A stretch of DNA of 64,000 nucleotides from Ylistrum balloti (taxonomy: Eukaryota): the NCBI RefSeq assembly GCF_031769215.1, contig NW_026781981.1, positions 124,001 to 188,000 on the forward strand, given 5' to 3'. This document shows positions 11,801 to 26,800 of the stretch, piece by piece. Position 1 is the stretch's first letter; the number at the start of each line of letters is the position of its first letter. The position numbers and the translations under genes are program-made. Below the pieces are notes generated by a model. It had not been told where the DNA came from. It saw only the letters and a list, made by a program, of their open reading frames with translations, and searched no databases.

Positions 11801-14800
11801 TACTGCGAGGTCGTTGTCGACTACGACGAGAGTGGTGAGAGGAGTCAAAACTCACATCACTTTCTGTCAGGGTGTAACTATCATCGGTGAAGTCCCTACT
11901 CATATCTGTGGTCATGTCACGTCGACTCCCTGACCTCAGTGACCCTCGAGATGAGGGTCGATCATCATGCCTTGTTCTCCCAGACCTAGCTGACCTTGAA
12001 CTTGCAATGGAAGCTGTCTCTACGTCACGTGATCTGGACCTAGGTCTGTAAATAATAAATATATAAACGATGATACCTTAGGTTTCAGCGGAACAGGTAG
12101 AGCCTAGCCTTTCAAGTTGTTAGATTTCTGAGACAGGCAGTATACCCCTGCTTTAACCAACTTAGTGACTTAACAACAGTGTGTTGTTCATAATTGCCAT
12201 GTAATTACAATAATTATACACAAATGTATTACAATCATTTTAACTTAAAAAAATTCACATATGTAGAAGACAGTAAATCTTTATAGATGTGTAATAGGAC
12301 ATTCTAATCTAATTAGGATTTTAAATCAGAATCTCTTCACAAATAAAGGGGAGACAATAATCAGTAGAAAATTATATGATTATCACATCTTAAAATTATA
12401 ATTAAAGTATAAAAAGGTGTTATTAACATAGGAATTTAACATTAAAGAAATGATATAATCAGTAAAATCTATGATACGTGAATCTATGAAGTCCCACCTT
12501 TCTTCATTATCTGCTGGATGTCGTAACCGTAATGAGGGTTGAGCTTGGTCTTGATGCTGCAGTTGCTGTTGCCGTGACGACATCTGACTGACCTCTGACC
12601 CTACCATTGAACCTATAAACCCACTGTCTGCATCAGGAGCATTTCTCTGTTTTGTCATTTGTTTGAACTTTCCTGGCCCTGGAAGGCTGGAGAGATTGCC
12701 CGCTGTGGCCCCGCCTCCGTTAGTGTTGTCGTGTTCAGATATACCACTGTCACCAAGACTACTGAGGCTACCTCCATCTTGTCTCTACAGGAGATAAGAC
12801 CATCAAGACTTCACTACAAAATCACAATTAATTACACCAGAAAAATATTTCCAAATCATTTAAAACAGAAGAACAAAAAATTACTATACGATGTATACAA
12901 GCAAAAGCTCTAGGCATCTTTGAGATGTACACCCCTGTATGCAACTCTTTCAGTAAAAAATTCAAGATTTCTCAAAAAAGTTTTACATTTATAGATTTCT
13001 CATTTAATTAAAGATGTAAACCCAGATCTGTTAGGAATGGCTTGTGCGGTATCTCAGTAGGATACATGTCTAACCAGATCTGTTAGGAACAGCTTGTGAG
13101 GTATCTCAGTAGGATACATGTCTAACCAGACAGATCTGTTAGGAACAGCTTGTGAGGTATCTCAGTAGGATACATGTCTAACCAGATCTGTTAGGAACAG
13201 CTTGTGAGGTATCTCAGTAGGATACATGTCTAACCAGATCTGTTAGGAACGACTTGTGAGTACCTCAAAAGGATACATTTTTAATTTTTTTAATTTTTAC
13301 ATGCTCAGAGGAAAAGTAGTGAGGACCAAATACCACCATCACAAGTGCAAGAGACATTAAATCTTAATCAAATCTATCAGATGTTTTACAGGACTAAAGG
13401 GACTTTTTATAACCTATCAAATTAACCTTGACAAATAACTTTCAACATCCAAGTGAGTCTAACTAACATTTTTCCTGACATGTGTAGGACAAACAACAGA
13501 CACGACATTGTATGTGTTGCTGTTAAATATTAAGTAAGTGATAAAAGATGGAGGTTGTGAAGAAAACAAAAATCTATAACAAGCAACAAACCTGCCACTG
13601 CCATCTTTTCATGAACTAAAAACATATGATATGGATCATGTTTTCAGTACTGCATACGACAAGCTTAAAATTTTGTGATGAAATGTGTAATGATAATTTT
13701 ATCTTAAATATTAAGTGAATAGTTTTGTTAAGTTATCTAGAGTTCCTTCTGGAGGAAATTGTATTTAGATAACAATTAAGTTTTTGTTGTCACTTTTAGA
13801 ATTCAAATATTTACAAATAAATCTTTTGTGGAACTAGCTGTCAAAATTAGCAGCTTTGCAGTTTTCAGTGTTTAGGGATAATTCACCTTCTTGAGTCCAT
13901 GTTTCCTGTCGGGGTGGTCATGCCTTCGAGGTCGAGGGAGCCTGGGGTTGGGGGAGTTCCTGTCTGGATCTCTAGGAGTCCCTCGTGAGGATAGGCTGCT
14001 TCGACTGCTGCTGACGCTGCTAGACTGGCGTAAACTGTTGTCCTGGGGTAGGCCACGAGGTGTGTCTGGGGAGGGATTACACATATCAATAGACACACAG
14101 TCATAACTATTGCTCTCAACTTATTATTAGACATTAAGTAAAAACTTACTTGTGTTTCTTTGAAGACTTAAACAAATCAAAGTAAACATGGTACTTACCT
14201 CCATTATACTCTGAGTACGACCTGTCCATCGACCAGTTGTGGGAATTGGTTGGTGTGTCTCTTCCCTAGCGACAGAAAATCTTCAGTATAAGAACCATTG
14301 TAATACACATTCCCCAGAAAAAAAGTTAAAGCCAGATATATTTCCATCACCATAAAGAATAATAACTCAGAGATACAAAACAGCTAGCTACAAACATTTT
14401 GTGATGAAATGTGTGATAATTTTATCTTAAATATTAAGTGAATATGTTATCTGTCCTTCAATTGTATTAGATAACAATTAAGCTTTTGTGTCACTTTTAG
14501 AATTCAAATATTTACAAATAAATCTTTTGTGGAACTAGCTGTCAAAATTATCCTACATTTGTAAGGAATTAATTAGATATTTTACCGGCTGATAATAAAA
14601 GACATAAATATTAATCTAAATCTGATAACATCTGACTTTCTACTGTCTGAATACCTACCCTGGTAAATGATCTGATCTCATACCTAACCTGGTAAATGAT
14701 CTGATCTCATACCTACCCTGATCACATACCTACCCAGATAAATGATCTGATCTCATACCTACCCTGGTAAATGATCTGATCTCATACCTAACCTGGTAAA

Positions 14801-17800
14801 TGATCTGATCTCATACCTACCCTGGTAAATGATCTGATCTCATACCTACCCAGATAAATGATCTGATCTCATACCTACCCTGGTAAATGATCACATACCT
14901 ACCCAGATAAATCACCATAAAGAATAATAACTCAGAGATACAAAACAGCTAGCTACAAACATGTGACCTGTGTAAACCCTACAATATGATGTCCATCAAT
15001 ACATACCAGTGTACCCAGATAAATGATCTGATCACATACCTACATTTGTAAGGAATTAATTAGATATTTTACCCTGATAATAAAAGACATAAATATTAAT
15101 CTAAACATCTGACTTTCATACCTCTGATCTGATCTGAATACCTACCCTGGTAAATGATCTGATCTCATACCTATCCTGGTTTAAATGATCTGATCTAAGT
15201 AACACCTACCCTGGAAAATGATTGGTTCTGGACACTAGCCATCTGTTCACGTTGTTGCACCTGTTGACTTGGGCGTCGCCCCATGACAGGGGAGGCAACT
15301 GACATTCGCCTTCCATCCTCATCTCGCTCCTGCAGTTGTTCCCACCTGTTGTTAGAGTTCACAGTTAGTGTTAAATGTGTTTGTATATAAAGCTATGTCA
15401 TCTCCTAAGATATATACACAATATTGTAAATTCTGGAGAGAACTGAATCAACTTGGAAGATCATTTATTCATCACTAAAAATGTCTTAACTAGAAATTGA
15501 TATAATTATGCCACAATTTCACAGATTCAATTAGAATATCATCATAATTATCATGTACAATATATCAGTAACATACAGCAGTTCCTGTATACATGTATAT
15601 CAAAACATATTTAGTACTTCTCTGAAAAATTATGTGACCATTGATATCTGTTTTCAAAAGAGTCCAACTTTATTACCATAGTAAACTTTTGTATTTTTAA
15701 TTTCAAATCTCCCTAAAAACAAAACCATTCAATTCATTAACTTTCGCAACATTTAACTATAAAGTGTTGATGCAACATTAACACTGGCTCATCAGATATG
15801 AATCAGAAGTATGGAGCTTTTTAGTATAATTGGCTTTTTAAGAAGAAATTTTTAGACTATCAGGTTTTGGACATCTACAATTAATTGATAGCCAATTTGG
15901 TACTAACAATACCAAAACACATCAAATGTCAGCTTAACACCCTCAATGAGCAGTGAGAAGATGAACAAAATCTTATCATTTCTTGAATTTTGAAAGTTAA
16001 ATTAAGGGTCATAAAATATGTTAACTGTAACCAAAAATGAATGTGACCAGCAAAACATGATACAGCTACATAATATATACCAAACTTCAGTTCAATGTCT
16101 CAATTTGTCAAAGAGTAAATTAACAGAAACCAAAATAATGATAAAATGATGGGATAATGACCCTTGCCATTTTATTGCAAGGATATAATGATATGGAATA
16201 TTGATCAGAACAATTAGTTATACTGACATCTGATAACAAACCTGTCGCATAAAATATTTCTTAGTTCACCCTAGAAATGTCACGATATCTATGATAGGAG
16301 AGCTACTCTTACAGAACTGTAACCTATCACTCTAAACTCTACAGAAAGATATCATTCAGTCAGAGACTGGATATGCAGTACAGGCCTGATCACCAGCATC
16401 ATTGTAACTATTGGTGATCGGATTCTATCAGAAATAGCTTATACAAATGCTGAAAATTCTTCACATAGTACATGAAAAAGGTATATACTACTCATTATTT
16501 CAATCTTTCTTATTTCTTTTTTTTTTTTTTTGGGATGGACACACATTTGGAAAAGAAAAAATATTGTTTTGATGTGTGCTTCAACAAGAACATAGACACT
16601 CACAAGAGGCCCAATGGACCTGTATTGCTCACCTTGACAATTCAATAAATGACTTTTTGAACAGCATTATTAGAAATACTTCTCCATATAAGGTCCTGTT
16701 TATCAGTTGCAGAAAAAAAGCTTCATTTCGTTATATGATATTCCCAAGTCCCAAGGATAACTCGAACACTTAACCATTCTTCCTGTATTTTGCAAACCCT
16801 CTCTCTTTTGAAATGGTTCCCTTCTACCTAACTTTGCTCCTTACTATTTTTAAAGACATTTTGAAAGAAGGGCACAAAATTGATGGATGGATTGACGATG
16901 GATATCATGCCACAGATGGTGAGCAGAAAAATAATTTCTAGCAAATACTCATGTGCAGAACAACAGAGTGACAATATCACAACAGGAAATGTGAAGGGTT
17001 CCAAATGCTTGATACTTAATTAATTCTCTGTCTACATATTATTTTCACTTTTTTAATTGAGTCCTACATTTCACAAATTATAATAAGAAATTTGCATAAA
17101 ACTTTTCTGAATATCTAGTTATAATTTTACTGTTTAATATTAACTTAAACATGCAAAAATAGTGCAATTACTTAGGAAAATTTTTAAAATAACAAAAGCT
17201 AATGATAGAGAGGGTGTAAAAGACTAAAGAAATTGGACTAATGCGAACAGATCAGGAATCTATACTAAAAGGTAATAGACACATTAAAACAGCTTACTTC
17301 TTCCTTCTGTATGAACTTGTGGGGTGAAATCAAATAAAACATTAAACATCATGTTCATCACACTAAACTAAACATTATTTTAATACAAAAGAAAAATGAA
17401 TTCCAACCTGTATTAAATTAACATTCTTTTTCAGTCCAATCTGATAAGCACTTCACTTATCCAATTCATAAGTATTTGATAACAAGTCTTAGAAAACTGA
17501 GTATACTTTTGGAATATCTGAATGTGTGTATCAATATCAATCCAACCTATTGTTAAATATTAATTCCTAGATGCAAGGTAAATTTGTGAGAAAATCAAGG
17601 AACAGTGTGAATGGGGATGATATGAGTATTAAGGTGTGTCATTATATATAACCTCTCCAGGATCCAACTTTCACTTGGTATGATTTTTTTCTACCACCAA
17701 TTGTTTTCCATAGCTATGTAACCTCCCTTTCAAGCTGGTGACTAGAAAGTGAGGCTGCATAGCTATCAATCTGCTGTCACAAGACAAAACAATAACCGTG

Positions 17801-20800
17801 CATCAGGAAGGGGAGACAACCAGCAAGGGGAGACAACCAGTACTGTGCAAACCAGTGATACATTGGACAATGATTTACCTGGCCGGTTCATCGTCTAAAT
17901 CACTACCTGTTTGGCTAACATCAGAGGCAAACGAGATTTCTAGGCCTTGACTGCAATTACGGGAAATCAATAGTACAAATTTCCCGTGTTATTACCGTAA
18001 CAGTCTGGCTATAATTAATATTGATTACTAGTTATGTTTTTTATTATGTCGTTGTTTCTGGTCCTTTTCATTCTGTCCTCATTTCTGACAATTACCGTGG
18101 GACCTTCGACACAATATTATCTTTTGTTTTACAAAGCAATCTATCATAAAATGTACTGAAAGAAAGATAAAAATACCTGGGTAATAACTGCTGACAAATG
18201 AGTAATACGATACCTGTATGTATATCTACAGGTAAAAACAATCCAGGATATCCTATAGGAGACCAATACAATGTAATGATATCATGAAACTTAATACTAA
18301 TCATTAATAACATTTCTGAATCAATTAAATAACAGTTAAATTACCTTTCTTGCAATTCTTTAGGCATCTTGAATATTTCTGGCTCTGAATTACAGATGTG
18401 TTTCAGTTTCTGGAGAATGAAAGAAAAACATTAATAATTGTAGAATTAACAGAAGATAAATGTACGAATATTGTGCTTAATGTGATAAAATACAATCTGA
18501 CATGTACGATAGCAATACTGATTTTCATATCATGTGACAAGTATAAGCTTGCAATTTTTTGACATCATTCTCAAATCTCCATTCTCAAATCTCAACCAAT
18601 TCTCAGACAATGTTTTTTGTACTTTATAATTCATCACTTTGTACAAATATATTTTATACATGTTTTTCAGAAAACATTTAAGATTCTACAACAAGAAAAT
18701 AAAAGCATGTGCTGGAGACAGAGAATCTTATGTTAAGGGTGTGTATGTGCCTTAAGGATGGTGGGTTTTCTAGTGGAGGACAAGGGGTGGGCAGGGCCAT
18801 TAAATACAGACTCTCAGTTCAGAAAGTTTTTCTTCAGTAAGATGTAGTCAATAGTTCACAGGAATTTAAAAATCATCAACACAAAAAACAAAAAAAAACA
18901 ATACAGTAAGTCTATCAAAAATGTGAAGCAAACAGGGATTTAATTCACACAAAGGTCTGATAAACCGATACTTAACACAGTATCATTTGTTGTTTGTTTA
19001 TAACTATAGGTAAAGTGTGGGAAAACAGTAAACATTGAAGCTGTCTCATAGTGTTAGCTCGGTCTGGTACTATACACTATTGTCTTCAATTAAAGTTGTA
19101 GAACATCATTTATTTGTTTGTTTGAATTAAAGTTTACCTTAACAGATCTGTTGTTTATTTGTTTGTGGTAATTAATGCCAATAGATAAACATCTGTACCA
19201 GTAGTAAAAGAATGATCAGTGTAGGTTATGGTCTGTTAAAGATCCAGAACTTGTCTAAAATCTTCTGCCTTCTATTATAAATACATCTAAAACATGTTCC
19301 TAGCCATTTTGTTAACAACCCTGTGTATCTGAACAGTTTGATTCCATATTTTTCTTTATACCTGTACCCTTTTATACCCCTACCCTAACCATATCTAAAT
19401 TGTAAATATGATGTTGTTTATAAACATCAATTTGTCAGAACAAATAGAAATTAGTGAAATTACATCAAACTCTGTATCTCACTAGTGTTTTTTTCTCTTT
19501 ATTAATAAGAATATTATAAAACTTCTCCTATATAGCACAACAAACTGTCCCACGAGACCATTTCTCTGTATGAAACTCTCCCTGACAAGAAGCTAGACAG
19601 GACATTTGACATTTGTTGTCATTTTGATTTAACTTATTGATTTGGGTTGTCTTTATCTTGGCATTAGACTTAACAAGTGACATTCTAGGAGAAGTGGTAT
19701 CCTAAGGTTTAAAATTCTATATTCCTGGCGGTGTAAAATAATCGGTCAGCAAAACTCAAAAAGGTTTCCATTCTCCAGTCACGTTTAATATCCAATGTAG
19801 AACAGCTGATCCTGTCTACCCCCCATTACCTATCATTGTAGAACAGCTGACCCTGTCTAACCCTATACCTATCATTGTAGAACAGCTGACCCTGTCTACC
19901 CCCATTACCTATCATTGTAGAACAGCTGACCCTGTCTACCCTCCCCCACCCTATATCTATAACTGTAGAACAGCTGACCCTGTCTACCCTCCCCCACCCT
20001 ATATCTATAACTGTAGAACAGCTGACCCTGTCTACCCTCCCCCACCCTATATCTATAACTGTAGAACAGCTGACCCTGTCTACCCTCTCCCACCCTATAT
20101 CTATAACTGTAGAACAGCTGACCCTGTCTAACCCTCCCCCACCCTATATCTATAACTGTAGAACAGCTGTCTACCCTCCCCCACCCTGTCTGACCCTGTC
20201 TACCCCCCCCCCCCCCACCCTATATCTATAACTGTAGAAACTGAACAGCTGACCCTGTCAGCTCCCCCACCCCCTGTAGAACCCTGACCCCCACCCTATA
20301 TCTATATCTGACTGTAGAACAGCTGACCAGGTCTACCCCTATATCTGTCTACCCCTATATCTATTACTGTAGAACAGCTGACCATGTCTACCCCTATATC
20401 TATCATTGTAGAACAGCTGACCCCTGTCTACCCCTATATCTATTACTGTAGAACAGCTGACCCCTGTCTACCCCTATATCTATAACTGTAGAACAGCTGA
20501 CCCCTTTCTACCCCTATATCTATCATTGTAGAACAGCTGACCCCTGTCTTCCCCTATATCTATCTTATGTACTTCACCATAACCAGATGGGTATAAAACT
20601 GTGTACATGTTGTGAACTTATAGACCTATAATCTATAAAGCTTATCATTGTAAATCGTCTTAGCACAGTGGTCCTCCATTAAAATTATATGTAAACACTT
20701 ACACATTAAATGTTTGAAAAAATGCCAAGACCATTGTAAGTTACCTTCACCGTCTAAACTCTAAAACTGCTATGCTATAGTAAAAAGTTCGAGCTAAATG

Positions 20801-23800
20801 GCATTCTGTGCTTTGTGATGTGATTCTGTTCAATGAATAAATACCTAACACACAGTAATAGCGTTTCAGCAAGGCCATGCGGTCACAAAAATTGTTGACA
20901 TATGCCAAGACTCAGTGTAATAACAACAGGTAATGCAAATCTGAACTCATGATGAATGGCATCAAACTTGGACTCTATCAAACATAACTGATGAAGGAAA
21001 ACCATTTTTAAGTCGTGCCTTCTCTGGGCCATGTACTCATGATCTACTGCACTAAATCAGGACATTTGTATTACAATTCACAAAGGCAAAACCCTTTTTA
21101 GACTAGTGCTCTGTCCAGGCCATGATCCCAGGATCTACAAATGGACTAGCCAAGAAATAGTACTACTACCTAACCATTACATCACCATAAATTTCTGAAA
21201 AAATGTTTGGATATCATAGTAATGTGACTAAAGACAAGAAATTCTTGACATGATCATTAAGTGGCAAACTGTAGATTTATTGTAACACTGGATGTAGTGC
21301 AAATGGTCAAGAATTAATTGCTTCATTTTAAAATTGAAAAAAGACAAGAAAATTGACAGGCACAAGAGGAGAAAAAATTTTCACGTAGAGGGGGATAACT
21401 CAGAACCATTCCTTTCAAAGGATTTAATGAAATGTGAAAGCCTAAAGGACACAATGTATTATGCCAAGTTTGAAAGAAACATTCTATTACTTTATACTTG
21501 ACCTGACTATACTAGAAACTGGCAGTTAGACTGGGTTTACTAATACATATATATACACCTGTAGTTGGATGAGAGCCAGATTAAGATTTTTTGACAGCTC
21601 AACATCACTGTTTATCCTAACTGTTTTCTGTCATGTCAGCACTACCCCACTACATATGTCACCCAAACATATCAGGGACCTGGATCCCATGATCTCGTGT
21701 CATTAGGTTCTATGAGACAAAAGTTTATTTGGTTGAAGGATTTCATGTTCGGTCAAAATCAATATCTGTTTTTTATTCTTTAACTTCCACCAATCCTTAG
21801 CTACCTATATGGGGGCATGTTACCTGTTGTTCACCTGTCATCAGAGACAGGTGTTCATTACCACTGGTGAATCAGGTGCCCCTATTTTTAAATTTACAGT
21901 TTTTTATGCTTTGTTCTGGTATCCGTAAAATTTCAAATCCTTAAAACTTTGCCCTATTTCTTAAGTCAGGCCATCAAATTCCTGTCCAGTACTTAGCAAG
22001 GTGGGAGGCCTACCTTTAATTAATGATAGGTGTATAATGATATACATAAGTACCTTTACTACAGGTAAACCATATCCTTTATATCAGTTTATAATCATAA
22101 ATAACAACTTTAAAGAAAAAAATAACTGCATTACATTTGGCCTAAAAAGGAAATAAAATAAAAATTACTAAAGATAATAAACTAAAAAGAGAAAAAAAAA
22201 GAATGGATTCCCACGTTCTCATGTATGTAAGAATCATTGTTTCATGAACTTGCCAAAATTGTCATATATAACCTTTGACCTTTAACCTTGCCTGATGAAC
22301 TTGATACTACAGGGTAAGTATGAAATGAACCAAATCAGTTGAAAGGTTATCAAGATATTATAGTTTTTTTTCAGAAGAGTAGTGACGGGCAAGATGGGAA
22401 GGAACCGGACAAACAAACACACTATATATGTAGCCCATTCCACCCCACTCCTGACACCTCCCCCTTCCCCCCCCCCCCCCCACCCACCCACCCAAATAAA
22501 ACTATGGAGACAGACCAGTCATATTCTTATTCACTGGAAACACACTGTCAGGGTTTTACAACTAAATACTACAGGATCGTTAAAACACAGAGGTCCTACC
22601 GTTTAAATATCAATTAGTAAATAATTTACTTACCTTGACTAAATTATCAATTTCCTTGTCTCGTTCGGGTGTTTGTGCCATCTGTTTCAGTCGACGGTAC
22701 CTATCCATCAAGTTGTTATACTCCACATGCAGGCGATTGACGGAGTCCTGAAACTCTTGTTCCTTGTGAGGCTTGACTAGATCATCACCAGCCATGGCAC
22801 TGGTGATTTTCTTTTTAGTGTGATCTATGGCACGACCTTCGACATCACTACTATCCAATGAAACATCACCGTTTGCTTGTGTACGATTACTCTGGAATGG
22901 CTGTCGTTCTGAAGATTTCTTTTGTCTATTCTCGTCCACTTTTTCATGAATTTCATCAAATTTCATTCCCAATCGAAATAATTCTCCTTCCAGTTCCTTT
23001 TCTTGATCAAAATTCACGTCTCCAACATTGGCATTGGCACGTTTTAACACATTGTAATCCTCTTTTGATTGAAGATAGTCCCTGCGCAATTTTTCATGGT
23101 CTGTCCGAATTTTTTCAAACACTTTTTCCTGTTCATCATGTGTCAATTGCTGTTCATCCAACAAAGTTTTGAAGGATTCCATCTGACAATGAAATGAAGG
23201 AAAACATTGTAAAATCTACAATTCTCTTTTACTTTCTTTAGTCTGATTCATCATAAGTCAGACTGGCTCATGGCACAATTACTGATCTACAGTTAATCTT
23301 ATATAAAATTGTACAAGTAGCCAGATATATTAAAAATAAAGACGACTGACCTGGAGGCTGACCTGTGAAAGGTCTTTGATTATCCCAGTATCTAGAAATA
23401 CTAGAAATGGAGATGACTGACCTTGAGACTGACCTCTGTACATCGATTGATCCTTAAGGAAGGTGAACATTTTCATGTTTTCCAGTTTTCCTCCCAAAAA
23501 TAATATTTTGTTTTTATCATCTTACTAACTGGCAGAATTGTTAAAGATTTTAGATTATCAACACTATAATATCATAATACATTAACAAACACAAGTGTAA
23601 ATGTCCAAACCAAAACCTAATATACCTGATCTGTTCTTTACATTTCTCTGTATCTGCTTAAATGACATTTATATAAAATATCAATTCACAAGCACGACAA
23701 CATAGTTCAATGTGTATATTTACAGACTTAACCTTATGAACAGTGTCAACTTCTATCAATGTGATGCCCACATCTTCTGATATCAAAATGAGAATATATT

Positions 23801-26800
23801 CAGTCAACTTCATTCAATTTCAATTAAATCTGTTTATAATGTCTTAACCATTTTCAATAGAAGCAGATAAGGAAATAAATACAAATGTTAATATTACTGA
23901 AAGCCTTTATCCTTATACCATGCTGAATGAATTTATCCCCACAAAAAAAGCATGCTTTTATAAGGCAAAGGTAAAGAGTGGGTCTATGTACAATGTGTAT
24001 CGATAATTGAAGATTAGTCCTGATTCAAGCTGAGAGGACCAACACAACACCCCCGGATCAAAGTCAGGGGATGGGCTTATTACAGGAGCATGAAACAACA
24101 TTTGATGGTAAACATACAGAATAGTGATGGATCTGGTAGGCCTATTGCCAAGTATGGACTAACAGGTATGATTGCTAAAACGGTACACTTTGTACTACCT
24201 ATGTGGATATCTGGGCTAATCAGCTGATCTGTATCAGTGTGCTTGTAAGTTATAATGACCAACTCAAACAGGAAATAAACTCATCAACATGAAGAACAGA
24301 ACTAAATGTCAAAGCCATGATTGCATATATTGTTTCATCTACAACAGAACCACATAAACACTCAGGGAACGTACTGTAAACATACCCGATTTAGTGAAAT
24401 ACAATTTTGGTGTATTATCACTTTTTGAATAAGTGCATAAATGAACTTCTGCAATGCTGAATTTGGACAATTCTGAATTCATGCAAGGATATATTTTCAT
24501 AATGATGAATTCATGCAACAATGAATTCCTTCAATGAAGAATCCACACAAGAATGAATTCATACAAGGATGAATTTGTCCAATGATAATGTTCGTATCAA
24601 TTAATTTGTACAATGATGAATTCATACATAAGTAATATTGTTTTATCTAAACAATATATAATAATTTTAGTATGAAAATCACTACTATAAGATAGCCACT
24701 AAAACAACTACATACATTTATAGTAATAGTTCAGCCCATTATCGGGTTTAATGCAACCCAATGTGGTTTAAGCCCTTCCAAGGAAACTCATGGATTGTTC
24801 TGTGCCTTGGGCAGGACATATCACCAATTAATCTGGATGTTATGTGGTAAGCCTCCCACATGATGTTCAGTGAGGTATCCACAAGATATCACAAGGAGAC
24901 CCTAGTTCGAAACTACCTTGGCTACTTACTGAACTATGGACCCCGCAAACCAAACATATTTGTTCCCTGATATTGTCAATTCTACATGCACCTACCCTGT
25001 CATCAAGGCCATTGGCCTGAAAGATGAGGCCGAGCTTGACACTTTCCGCTCCATTTTCCGACGATAGCGCCATGTTCCGTGCCTCCCTCTCAGCGTTACC
25101 GTTAGTGAGTGCAGACTCGGACTGAGACCTGAACTTGTTCTTTGAGCCTTGGCCCTGGTCATTGTAAGAGTCAGCAGCGGTACTGTCTGAAATCAAAAGC
25201 GGATTTTCACCATATTGATGTAGGTCTACAGTCCATGTCAATTTATTTAGCAATGTACAATATAAATATAAGATTATTAAATGCCTGTTTACAAGATATA
25301 AGATAAATATTGCCCGCTGTATTATCCTCCATTGGTATCTCATTTTATCTAGTCAGTCAGTGACTTATAAACACAGTAATACTGGTAAATATTCCTAAGC
25401 CTTGTTCATTATGCCTGAAATTGGTGTTGATATTGATCATGTGTTTTCCACAAACACTATTTCTCTTTATTAAACACAAATATTGTACATCTGATTGAGT
25501 CGTAGATGTGTACAGTAAGTCGGTCACATTCAGGAATCTTTCTACAAGTTCACATATATTATAATCTACCTAAAAAATTTATATCAAAAAGTTATACTTC
25601 ATTCTCACAAAAACAATCAGTTATACTTCATTCTCACAAAAACAATCAGTTATACTTCATTCTCACAAAAACAAGCAGTTATACTTCATTCTCACAAAAA
25701 CAATCAGTTATACTTCATTCTCACAAAAACAAGCAGTTATACTTCATTCTCACAAAAACAAGCAGTTATACTTCATTCTCACAAAAACAATCAGTTATAC
25801 TTCATTCTCACAAAAACAATCAGTTATACTTCATTCTCACAAAAACAATCAGTTATACTTCATTCTCACAAAAACAAGCAGTTATACTTCATTCTCACAA
25901 AAACAAACAGTTATACTTCTTTCTCACAAAAACAATTTCATTCTCACAAAAACAAGCAGTTATACTTCATTCTCACAAAAACAAGCAGTTATGCTTCATT
26001 CTCACAAAAACAAGCAGTTATACTTCATTCACTTTGCCTTCCTTACTTTCACTTTACAAAGGAAAATAATTAGACAAAAATCTAACTAAATTGGATCAGT
26101 TCCAACTGATATCAAATTTTCAATTCCGTTTTCAGATAAAAACATTGCTTGTACTTTGGTGACCTGCTGCATATGGTATGTAAAGATCAACACAAATATG
26201 TCAGGTATTTCCAGAGTGTTTTTACACTCTCCCATTACCTGTATGGGATATGCTAGATTTCATGCCAGCTTTACTGGATTTCTTTATCTTTTATAAAAAT
26301 ATAAGTCGGCATGAAATTTGTTTGTCTGTAAAGTAGTATACATGTTTTCTAGACCAATGGAATTGCTAAAATACCAATGATTATTTCTGCATTCCATGAA
26401 AATTTTGCTATATGATAACCAAATTGAACAAGACATCACTTATGATAAAATTTCCCACAATGGATTACATACTTCCACTTGTCACAGAAATATCATTATT
26501 AAACACCTGAACTTTGCCACTATCACAACAGCTGAGAGACATCATTATTAAACACCTGAACTTTGCCACTATCACAACAGCTGAGAGACTTCATTATTAA
26601 ACACATGAACTTTGCCACTATCACAACAGCTGAGAGACATTATCAAACACCTGAAATTGACCACTATCACAACAGCTGAGAGACATCATTATTAAACACA
26701 TGAACTTTGCCACTATCACAACAGCTGAGAGACATCACTATTAAACACATGAACTTTGCCACTATCACAACAGCTGAGAGACATTATCAAACACCTGAAA

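Noticed and set aside
25506-26069. 187-aa ORF with 29-aa periodicity
   Set aside because: Three 29-bp units give the 29-aa period; repeat artefact. The same applies to the ORFs at 10036-10396, 19905-20093 and 44571-44807.
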